Positions 1 through 8,520 of a stretch of DNA of 8,734 nucleotides are shown here, one piece after another (the first letter of the stretch is position 1; each line of letters begins with the position of its first letter). Position numbers and translations under genes: made by a program. The notes under the pieces were generated by a model. That model made no database searches and was not told the origin of the DNA. It saw nothing but the letters and a program-made list of their open reading frames with translations. The stretch is from Naegleria gruberi (taxonomy: Eukaryota): assembly GCA_000004985.1 (NCBI GenBank), contig GG739056.1; one strand, written 5' to 3'.

Positions 1-1068
1 AATCGATCACTCGTCCCTTAATTGACGATCCGGCATACAACCACTGAACCAACAGTGTTATAGCTGTAATTTCTAGAAATGCTTCATATGAAGAACCAAG
101 TGGTTGTATGACCTGGAATTGTCGGCTTCTATTAAGAACAACAATTAACAAAATAACAACAAGAATTGTATCATTATATGATAATAACAATAATTTATTA
201 AACAATATGGAAGGGAGAAGTTGCTCCCTCACCAAATGATGGAGGGAAGATTCAACTTGATGAACAAGAGATGGTACCTCCACCATCTACTTAAATTCAG
301 TATCATTGAAGATTATCCTGATGATCTTGATAAATAGATTCATACATCGGAAAAGTGTTGGAAGCAGAGTAATTTGGCGTTGTATTTTGATAATCGTAAT
401 ATTTTAAAGGGTTAAAAATGGAGTTAATTAATGCGATTATCAAAATAATGGCTTTAAATCCATGGCTATTAGCACTGCCAACAAGCAAATTGTGGAGTGA
501 GAAACATTACCACTTCCACCTAATATTAATAAATATTATTTACTTGTTCCTTAATGATCTTAATGATATCGGAATAAGTGCGCACCGCAATTAAAGATAG
601 TTTCACACTTGTTCAACACAGCTATTAAGCAATAGAAAATTAACAAGTTTAACACCAATTCAAATACAAAATACTCAACAATTACTGAATTAAATGCAAA
701 TATCCCAACGTCATTTTGTAGAGAATTAAGTTGAACCTATGCGATTTTTCACCTTTTGCCAAATGGTTGCGTATCTAGCAAGCCCCCCCAAGAGAACAAA
801 AAACACAGAAATATTGAGGTAAAACGAGTTGATTATCTACATTATTTGATAGCAACCAATATTAAAATTATATATCAGCATGTAGCCGTGAACATTTCCT
901 ATCTAATGATATATATCGATGTATATGAAGTCTTATAAATAATGATGTTTTAAGAGCGCAGATTAATATCCAAACCCTAGTAAAATGTTGAGTTTCACCA
1001 AAATAAAGATATTTCCAAGACATAGAAATCACCCATACTATTCTACTATATTAAATATATCTATGATG

Positions 1069-1316
1069 ACGGTTGGTGAGTGTTCCGAGGATGGTTTACC
1101 AACTTGAAAAATTATAATCCAAAAATTGATTTACTATTTTATGATGAAAGTCCAATAATAAAAATTACTACTATTACTACTATTTAGATGATGTTGAGAT
1201 GATGATGTGAAAGTTTGGCAGCTTACGGATGTGAAACCACTCGAAGAATCATCAAAGTACATCACGTACTAGATGTTGAAATATTTTTTCACATATTCGC
1301 AACTGAACAAACAAAC
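1069..1316 (+). repeat. Copy A of a non-coding AT-rich interspersed repeat family. Core motif: attactactattactactatttagatgatgttgagatgatgatgtgaaagtt ... aaaccactcgaagaatcatc. It contains a short internal inverted pair (1074-1104 vs 1230-1255).
   Basis: Seen in sequence: 1096-1150 aligns with 8089-8144 (ggttt.c.a..gaaa...caaaa.tt..atgatgaaag). 1151-1253 aligns with 8196-8264. 1166-1215 is near-identical to the reverse complement of 8351-8400 (tactactatttagatgatgNtgagatgatgNtgtgaaa). The downstream segment 1257-1316 (gtacatcacg...atattcgcaactgaacaaacaaacc) resembles 8427-8460 (gttacatcacggtaatttcgcgccaaccaaaaacc). I aligned these by eye, so the boundaries are approximate. Confidence 0.5.
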
Positions 1317-1427
1317 CTTGCTTCAAAAAATCAACCAAACTCTAGTAATACCTTGCTTGGTTTTCGTTCCAACAATTCAAGCCAAACAACACAAGAGAAT
1401 CTATTTAATATAATTGGAAAATTCAAT

Positions 1428-1433
1428 TTTATT
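1428..1433 (-). promoter_or_regulatory. Candidate poly(A) signal (AATAAA on the minus strand) ~275 nt downstream of the DUF4116 gene's stop codon. An ATTAAA variant also sits at 1404-1409 (minus).
   Basis: Seen in sequence: plus-strand tttatt at 1428-1433 is the first minus-strand AATAAA 3' of the TAA at 1707. In DNA of this AT content a hexamer like this is expected by chance, so support is weak. Confidence 0.18.
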
Positions 1434-1706
1434 AAATGTATCATTCAATTTATCGGTGTTACTAAGGTTGTGCATTTTCCATTTTGGTTTACCGTCATCA
1501 GTATTAAGCGGATGCTCTTTTCCCGTCTGTAGTAAGAAACTGAGTGTTCTCCGTCTCATCCGTCCCCCGTTTCACCGTCACTTAGTACCATCTCTCTGGA
1601 GATCTCCAATTTCATTAAGCGAATGAAACTATTCGTAAAATTCAAGTGGCAATTTTCGCCAATAGTCGATCGCCAAAATGTGTATACTCATTGTAGACCA
1701 GAGACG

Positions 1707-2354
1707 TTAATAAATATTACAATTTAGAGTTTTCTGATTCGATAATCTCTTTGAAGCAAATCGAATTGCTTTTCCATCATTCGTTACAGCTGCCAAGACA
1801 ATCTCTTCACAATCTTTGAGTTTTGGAGAGGCATACATAAGGGCAGATCCATTTTTTGTTACGGCTGTCAAAACAAGTTCCTTATCTGCCTTGAATTCTT
1901 CACTTGCAAATCTGAGACAAAATCCACAGTGTGAAAGAGCCTCTTTAAGAAGCTCTCTGTCGTCTTTGAAAATGGTCTTCTCCAAAAGGTCCGGATTAAA
2001 TTGCAGAATTGATTTGAAATCCTCTCTGTCACTCTCTATTATTTTGTAAATAGATTGAACTTTGGATGTAAAATAAGGCGTTCTTGCAGCTAGGAAAAAG
2101 CATTCTCTATCCTTTTGGATTGCCTCTGGCATTTCGTTAATACACTTTCCGTTACTTTTCAATATTGTGAGAACTAGTTCTCTATTATTAAGCAGAAAAT
2201 CACTATTGATATAATGTAGAATCGTGAAGTTTGATTTAAATAGTGCCTTTTTCACAATATCTTCATCTTCCTTGAATTTTCCAATATATTGAAAAGAACT
2301 TGCTGCATCTATGTCAATAATCATGTCAATAATTTCTCTATCAGTCCGTATTTC
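1707..2354 (-). CDS. 3'-terminal coding exon (partial; 5' end lost in assembly gap) of a DUF4116-type tandem-repeat protein. About 8 consecutive ~25-aa repeats, e.g. DKELVLTAVTKNGSALMYASPKLK / DCEEIVLAAVTNDGKAIRFASKRL; stop codon TAA at 1707-1709.
   Basis: Seen in sequence: the minus-strand frame is open from the gap edge (2354) to TAA at 1707-1709 (215 codons). I checked the last codons by hand: ...K-T-L-N-C-N-I-Y-stop. The translation shows a periodic ~24-26 aa motif D/N-x-E-x-V/I-L/F-x-A/I-V/L-x-x-N/D-G-x-A/C-L/I-x-Y/F-A-S-x-x-L/F-K, which from memory matches the PF13475 DUF4116 repeat. No other frame or strand here is open for more than about 77 codons. Third-codon positions are mixed, not AT-saturated, which argues for real coding against a chance AT-rich ORF. 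Confidence 0.62.
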   Translation of the reverse strand, partial: EIRTDREIIDMIIDIDAASSFQYIGKFKEDEDIVKKALFKSNFTILHYINSDFLLNNRELVLTILKSNGKCINEMPEAIQKDRECFFLAARTPYFTSKVQSIYKIIESDREDFKSILQFNPDLLEKTIFKDDRELLKEALSHCGFCLRFASEEFKADKELVLTAVTKNGSALMYASPKLKDCEEIVLAAVTNDGKAIRFASKRLSNQKTLNCNIY

Positions 2355-5300
2355 NNNNNNNNNNNNNNNNNNNNNNNNNNNNNNNNNNNNNNNNNNNNNN
2401 NNNNNNNNNNNNNNNNNNNNNNNNNNNNNNNNNNNNNNNNNNNNNNNNNNNNNNNNNNNNNNNNNNNNNNNNNNNNNNNNNNNNNNNNNNNNNNNNNNNN
2501 NNNNNNNNNNNNNNNNNNNNNNNNNNNNNNNNNNNNNNNNNNNNNNNNNNNNNNNNNNNNNNNNNNNNNNNNNNNNNNNNNNNNNNNNNNNNNNNNNNNN
2601 NNNNNNNNNNNNNNNNNNNNNNNNNNNNNNNNNNNNNNNNNNNNNNNNNNNNNNNNNNNNNNNNNNNNNNNNNNNNNNNNNNNNNNNNNNNNNNNNNNNN
2701 NNNNNNNNNNNNNNNNNNNNNNNNNNNNNNNNNNNNNNNNNNNNNNNNNNNNNNNNNNNNNNNNNNNNNNNNNNNNNNNNNNNNNNNNNNNNNNNNNNNN
2801 NNNNNNNNNNNNNNNNNNNNNNNNNNNNNNNNNNNNNNNNNNNNNNNNNNNNNNNNNNNNNNNNNNNNNNNNNNNNNNNNNNNNNNNNNNNNNNNNNNNN
2901 NNNNNNNNNNNNNNNNNNNNNNNNNNNNNNNNNNNNNNNNNNNNNNNNNNNNNNNNNNNNNNNNNNNNNNNNNNNNNNNNNNNNNNNNNNNNNNNNNNNN
3001 NNNNNNNNNNNNNNNNNNNNNNNNNNNNNNNNNNNNNNNNNNNNNNNNNNNNNNNNNNNNNNNNNNNNNNNNNNNNNNNNNNNNNNNNNNNNNNNNNNNN
3101 NNNNNNNNNNNNNNNNNNNNNNNNNNNNNNNNNNNNNNNNNNNNNNNNNNNNNNNNNNNNNNNNNNNNNNNNNNNNNNNNNNNNNNNNNNNNNNNNNNNN
3201 NNNNNNNNNNNNNNNNNNNNNNNNNNNNNNNNNNNNNNNNNNNNNNNNNNNNNNNNNNNNNNNNNNNNNNNNNNNNNNNNNNNNNNNNNNNNNNNNNNNN
3301 NNNNNNNNNNNNNNNNNNNNNNNNNNNNNNNNNNNNNNNNNNNNNNNNNNNNNNNNNNNNNNNNNNNNNNNNNNNNNNNNNNNNNNNNNNNNNNNNNNNN
3401 NNNNNNNNNNNNNNNNNNNNNNNNNNNNNNNNNNNNNNNNNNNNNNNNNNNNNNNNNNNNNNNNNNNNNNNNNNNNNNNNNNNNNNNNNNNNNNNNNNNN
3501 NNNNNNNNNNNNNNNNNNNNNNNNNNNNNNNNNNNNNNNNNNNNNNNNNNNNNNNNNNNNNNNNNNNNNNNNNNNNNNNNNNNNNNNNNNNNNNNNNNNN
3601 NNNNNNNNNNNNNNNNNNNNNNNNNNNNNNNNNNNNNNNNNNNNNNNNNNNNNNNNNNNNNNNNNNNNNNNNNNNNNNNNNNNNNNNNNNNNNNNNNNNN
3701 NNNNNNNNNNNNNNNNNNNNNNNNNNNNNNNNNNNNNNNNNNNNNNNNNNNNNNNNNNNNNNNNNNNNNNNNNNNNNNNNNNNNNNNNNNNNNNNNNNNN
3801 NNNNNNNNNNNNNNNNNNNNNNNNNNNNNNNNNNNNNNNNNNNNNNNNNNNNNNNNNNNNNNNNNNNNNNNNNNNNNNNNNNNNNNNNNNNNNNNNNNNN
3901 NNNNNNNNNNNNNNNNNNNNNNNNNNNNNNNNNNNNNNNNNNNNNNNNNNNNNNNNNNNNNNNNNNNNNNNNNNNNNNNNNNNNNNNNNNNNNNNNNNNN
4001 NNNNNNNNNNNNNNNNNNNNNNNNNNNNNNNNNNNNNNNNNNNNNNNNNNNNNNNNNNNNNNNNNNNNNNNNNNNNNNNNNNNNNNNNNNNNNNNNNNNN
4101 NNNNNNNNNNNNNNNNNNNNNNNNNNNNNNNNNNNNNNNNNNNNNNNNNNNNNNNNNNNNNNNNNNNNNNNNNNNNNNNNNNNNNNNNNNNNNNNNNNNN
4201 NNNNNNNNNNNNNNNNNNNNNNNNNNNNNNNNNNNNNNNNNNNNNNNNNNNNNNNNNNNNNNNNNNNNNNNNNNNNNNNNNNNNNNNNNNNNNNNNNNNN
4301 NNNNNNNNNNNNNNNNNNNNNNNNNNNNNNNNNNNNNNNNNNNNNNNNNNNNNNNNNNNNNNNNNNNNNNNNNNNNNNNNNNNNNNNNNNNNNNNNNNNN
4401 NNNNNNNNNNNNNNNNNNNNNNNNNNNNNNNNNNNNNNNNNNNNNNNNNNNNNNNNNNNNNNNNNNNNNNNNNNNNNNNNNNNNNNNNNNNNNNNNNNNN
4501 NNNNNNNNNNNNNNNNNNNNNNNNNNNNNNNNNNNNNNNNNNNNNNNNNNNNNNNNNNNNNNNNNNNNNNNNNNNNNNNNNNNNNNNNNNNNNNNNNNNN
4601 NNNNNNNNNNNNNNNNNNNNNNNNNNNNNNNNNNNNNNNNNNNNNNNNNNNNNNNNNNNNNNNNNNNNNNNNNNNNNNNNNNNNNNNNNNNNNNNNNNNN
4701 NNNNNNNNNNNNNNNNNNNNNNNNNNNNNNNNNNNNNNNNNNNNNNNNNNNNNNNNNNNNNNNNNNNNNNNNNNNNNNNNNNNNNNNNNNNNNNNNNNNN
4801 NNNNNNNNNNNNNNNNNNNNNNNNNNNNNNNNNNNNNNNNNNNNNNNNNNNNNNNNNNNNNNNNNNNNNNNNNNNNNNNNNNNNNNNNNNNNNNNNNNNN
4901 NNNNNNNNNNNNNNNNNNNNNNNNNNNNNNNNNNNNNNNNNNNNNNNNNNNNNNNNNNNNNNNNNNNNNNNNNNNNNNNNNNNNNNNNNNNNNNNNNNNN
5001 NNNNNNNNNNNNNNNNNNNNNNNNNNNNNNNNNNNNNNNNNNNNNNNNNNNNNNNNNNNNNNNNNNNNNNNNNNNNNNNNNNNNNNNNNNNNNNNNNNNN
5101 NNNNNNNNNNNNNNNNNNNNNNNNNNNNNNNNNNNNNNNNNNNNNNNNNNNNNNNNNNNNNNNNNNNNNNNNNNNNNNNNNNNNNNNNNNNNNNNNNNNN
5201 NNNNNNNNNNNNNNNNNNNNNNNNNNNNNNNNNNNNNNNNNNNNNNNNNNNNNNNNNNNNNNNNNNNNNNNNNNNNNNNNNNNNNNNNNNNNNNNNNNNN

Positions 5301-7731
5301 NNNNNNNNNNNNNNNNNNNNNNNNNNNNNNNNNNNNNNNNNNNNNNNNNNNNNNNNNNNNNNNNNNNNNNNNNNNNNNNNNNNNNNNNNNNNNNNNNNNN
5401 NNNNNNNNNNNNNNNNNNNNNNNNNNNNNNNNNNNNNNNNNNNNNNNNNNNNNNNNNNNNNNNNNNNNNNNNNNNNNNNNNNNNNNNNNNNNNNNNNNNN
5501 NNNNNNNNNNNNNNNNNNNNNNNNNNNNNNNNNNNNNNNNNNNNNNNNNNNNNNNNNNNNNNNNNNNNNNNNNNNNNNNNNNNNNNNNNNNNNNNNNNNN
5601 NNNNNNNNNNNNNNNNNNNNNNNNNNNNNNNNNNNNNNNNNNNNNNNNNNNNNNNNNNNNNNNNNNNNNNNNNNNNNNNNNNNNNNNNNNNNNNNNNNNN
5701 NNNNNNNNNNNNNNNNNNNNNNNNNNNNNNNNNNNNNNNNNNNNNNNNNNNNNNNNNNNNNNNNNNNNNNNNNNNNNNNNNNNNNNNNNNNNNNNNNNNN
5801 NNNNNNNNNNNNNNNNNNNNNNNNNNNNNNNNNNNNNNNNNNNNNNNNNNNNNNNNNNNNNNNNNNNNNNNNNNNNNNNNNNNNNNNNNNNNNNNNNNNN
5901 NNNNNNNNNNNNNNNNNNNNNNNNNNNNNNNNNNNNNNNNNNNNNNNNNNNNNNNNNNNNNNNNNNNNNNNNNNNNNNNNNNNNNNNNNNNNNNNNNNNN
6001 NNNNNNNNNNNNNNNNNNNNNNNNNNNNNNNNNNNNNNNNNNNNNNNNNNNNNNNNNNNNNNNNNNNNNNNNNNNNNNNNNNNNNNNNNNNNNNNNNNNN
6101 NNNNNNNNNNNNNNNNNNNNNNNNNNNNNNNNNNNNNNNNNNNNNNNNNNNNNNNNNNNNNNNNNNNNNNNNNNNNNNNNNNNNNNNNNNNNNNNNNNNN
6201 NNNNNNNNNNNNNNNNNNNNNNNNNNNNNNNNNNNNNNNNNNNNNNNNNNNNNNNNNNNNNNNNNNNNNNNNNNNNNNNNNNNNNNNNNNNNNNNNNNNN
6301 NNNNNNNNNNNNNNNNNNNNNNNNNNNNNNNNNNNNNNNNNNNNNNNNNNNNNNNNNNNNNNNNNNNNNNNNNNNNNNNNNNNNNNNNNNNNNNNNNNNN
6401 NNNNNNNNNNNNNNNNNNNNNNNNNNNNNNNNNNNNNNNNNNNNNNNNNNNNNNNNNNNNNNNNNNNNNNNNNNNNNNNNNNNNNNNNNNNNNNNNNNNN
6501 NNNNNNNNNNNNNNNNNNNNNNNNNNNNNNNNNNNNNNNNNNNNNNNNNNNNNNNNNNNNNNNNNNNNNNNNNNNNNNNNNNNNNNNNNNNNNNNNNNNN
6601 NNNNNNNNNNNNNNNNNNNNNNNNNNNNNNNNNNNNNNNNNNNNNNNNNNNNNNNNNNNNNNNNNNNNNNNNNNNNNNNNNNNNNNNNNNNNNNNNNNNN
6701 NNNNNNNNNNNNNNNNNNNNNNNNNNNNNNNNNNNNNNNNNNNNNNNNNNNNNNNNNNNNNNNNNNNNNNNNNNNNNNNNNNNNNNNNNNNNNNNNNNNN
6801 NNNNNNNNNNNNNNNNNNNNNNNNNNNNNNNNNNNNNNNNNNNNNNNNNNNNNNNNNNNNNNNNNNNNNNNNNNNNNNNNNNNNNNNNNNNNNNNNNNNN
6901 NNNNNNNNNNNNNNNNNNNNNNNNNNNNNNNNNNNNNNNNNNNNNNNNNNNNNNNNNNNNNNNNNNNNNNNNNNNNNNNNNNNNNNNNNNNNNNNNNNNN
7001 NNNNNNNNNNNNNNNNNNNNNNNNNNNNNNNNNNNNNNNNNNNNNNNNNNNNNNNNNNNNNNNNNNNNNNNNNNNNNNNNNNNNNNNNNNNNNNNNNNNN
7101 NNNNNNNNNNNNNNNNNNNNNNNNNNNNNNNNNNNNNNNNNNNNNNNNNNNNNNNNNNNNNNNNNNNNNNNNNNNNNNNNNNNNNNNNNNNNNNNNNNNN
7201 NNNNNNNNNNNNNNNNNNNNNNNNNNNNNNNNNNNNNNNNNNNNNNNNNNNNNNNNNNNNNNNNNNNNNNNNNNNNNNNNNNNNNNNNNNNNNNNNNNNN
7301 NNNNNNNNNNNNNNNNNNNNNNNNNNNNNNNNNNNNNNNNNNNNNNNNNNNNNNNNNNNNNNNNNNNNNNNNNNNNNNNNNNNNNNNNNNNNNNNNNNNN
7401 NNNNNNNNNNNNNNNNNNNNNNNNNNNNNNNNNNNNNNNNNNNNNNNNNNNNNNNNNNNNNNNNNNNNNNNNNNNNNNNNNNNNNNNNNNNNNNNNNNNN
7501 NNNNNNNNNNNNNNNNNNNNNNNNNNNNNNNNNNNNNNNNNNNNNNNNNNNNNNNNNNNNNNNNNNNNNNNNNNNNNNNNNNNNNNNNNNNNNNNNNNNN
7601 NNNNNNNNNNNNNNNNNNNNNNNNNNNNNNNNNNNNNNNNNNNNNNNNNNNNNNNNNNNNNNNNNNNNNNNNNNNNNNNNNNNNNNNNNNNNNNNNNNNN
7701 NNNNNNNNNNNNNNNNNNNNNNNNNNNNNNN
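2355..7731. other. Assembly/scaffold gap: an uninterrupted run of 5,377 N. No sequence information.
   Basis: Seen in sequence: every base from 2355 to 7731 is 'n'. Real sequence resumes at 7732 (gaagaatattgcag...). Confidence 0.99.
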
Positions 7732-8195
7732 GAAGAATATTGCAGACGAGTTCCATACAAGGTAATTCCTTATGTATTTTAGTTTTTGGATTAAAATACA
7801 TATTCTATTTAATGTAAACTGACAGTAACAGTTCCATCAAGTAAAATTCCATTAAATACTACTCAAAACATCACAACTAAAATGAATCTTTCCTAATTAT
7901 TATCATCAAATGGATCTTTTATCATTTATTCTTCCTCCATGTGAAAATTTTCAGTTCTACCCCTATCAGCAGTGATGATGAATTAACTTTTCAAAATTAA
8001 AGTACTAAAATTAAATTAATTAATTTCCACGCAAATAGTATCACTGCAACTTTGTTGATTACTGGTAGAGGCCTAGTTTTGCTTCAGGTTTTCAATCCGA
8101 AATTTCTGACAAAATTAGTGTATTATGGTCATAATGATGAAAAGATGGTAAGTGCTCAGATGATTCATGTCCTTGAAAAATAAATTCTATTTGAT

Positions 8196-8264
8196 GATAA
8201 TAAAAATTACTATTTAGAAGATGATGTGCTTTCATGAGGTAAAACCACTCCGAGAATCATGGCC
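8196..8264 (+). repeat. Left arm of a long imperfect inverted repeat (foldback stem). It pairs with 8306-8400.
   Basis: Seen in sequence. Left arm: gataataaaaattactatttagaagatgatgtgctttcatgaggtaaaaccactccgagaatcatggcc. The reverse complement of 8306-8400 reads aactattattactactatttagatgatgatgagatgatgctgtgaaattcttggggtttaatcatggaaaaccactccgaaaatcagcatggcaac. The shared blocks are attac(tac)tatttagaWgatgatg (~25 bp) and aaaaccactccgaRaatca..tggc (~22 bp). The loop (~8265-8305) is itself bounded by catggcc...ggttgccatg. Confidence 0.6.
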
Positions 8265-8305
8265 AAATTAGAGAAACCAGTTGTTGAATATTTTTTACTA
8301 CTCGG

Positions 8306-8400
8306 TTGCCATGCTGATTTTCGGAGTGGTTTTCCATGATTAAACCCCAAGAATTTCACAGCATCATCTCATCATCATCTAAATAGTAGTAATAATAGTT
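8306..8400 (-). repeat. Right arm of the same inverted repeat. This inverted core copy is more similar to copy A (1166-1215) than to B's own left arm.
   Basis: Seen in sequence: the reverse complement of 8351-8400 is aactattattactactatttagatgatgatgagatgatgctgtgaaattc. Copy A 1163-1215 reads aattactactattactactatttagatgatgttgagatgatgatgtgaaagtt. I estimate roughly 90% identity over ~50 bp. Confidence 0.6.
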
Positions 8401-8493
8401 AGACCGAGGGAGGTGAGCTAAAAAATGTTACATCACGGTAATTTCGCGCCAACCAAAAACCGCTGAAAGTTGTCTGTTCTGACCGTTAAATAT

Positions 8494-8520
8494 TCAACAA
8501 AAAAAAACAACAAACAACAA
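8494..8520. repeat. Short low-complexity A/AAC-rich tract (caacaaaaaaaaacaacaaacaacaa), microsatellite-like.
   Basis: Seen in sequence: an A9 run followed by (aac/aaac) units. A similar tract (aacaacaattaacaaaataacaacaag) is at 129-156. Confidence 0.4.

Larger units (their letters stand above)
8062..8460 (+). repeat. Copy B of the same repeat family. It is a composite of two core copies in inverted orientation (a foldback). Relative to copy A it carries a ~51-bp insertion at 8145-8195.
   Basis: Seen in sequence: same alignment as for copy A. The block atggtaagtgctcagatgattcatgtccttgaaaaataaattctatttgat lies between the atgatgaaa(a)g and (a)ataataaaaattacta anchors in B but is absent from A. 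Confidence 0.5.

Noticed and set aside
76-103. Similarity between the window start (gcttcatatgaagaaccaagtgg) and the window end 8708-8734 (ggttcatgacaagaacccagaagta).
   Set aside because: It is only ~18/23 matches, with nothing extending on either side. The spacing is also inconsistent with the A/B repeat spacing, so it is probably chance.
303-938. Small ORFs 303..488 (-) and 756..938 (+).
   Set aside because: They are 60-61 codons, AT-rich and lack any motif. This is the expected background in non-coding eukaryotic DNA.
1069-1110. Possible tRNA-derived SINE head or tRNA gene (ggtttacc / ggttttcaatcc motifs near the repeat starts).
   Set aside because: There is no A-box (TRGCNNAGTGG) or B-box (GGTTCGANTCC) match, and no cloverleaf-compatible pairing that I could trace by eye.
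1215-1532. 105-aa plus-strand ORF (MAAYGCETTRRIIKVHHVLDVEIFF...).
   Set aside because: It overlaps repeat copy A and low-complexity sequence. Its composition is biased (N/S/F/I-rich), it shows no domain-like pattern, and it is about the length expected by chance. Without other evidence I would not call it coding.
1414-1626. 70-aa plus-strand ORF overlapping the C-rich island.
   Set aside because: It is short and overlaps the 105-aa ORF in another frame. The protein (…LRLCIFHFGLPSSVLSGCSF…) has no recognisable features, so it is most likely spurious.
2289-7817. Very long ORFs in the supplied track (2289..7817 +, 2311..7782 +, 2321..7801 -, and the upstream 5.4 kb of 1707..7760 -).
   Set aside because: They span the 5,377-N gap. 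N-codons translate to X and can never be stops, so these are artefacts. Only 1707..2354 of the minus-strand ORF is backed by real sequence.
1069-8460. Direct-orientation repeat copies A and B flanking ~7 kb: could they be LTRs of a retrotransposon?
   Set aside because: There are no TG...CA termini and no PBS or PPT. The only internal coding sequence seen is a DUF4116 repeat protein, not gag/pol. The copies are diverged, and B is a composite inverted structure. The interior is mostly gap, so this cannot be fully excluded, but nothing supports it.
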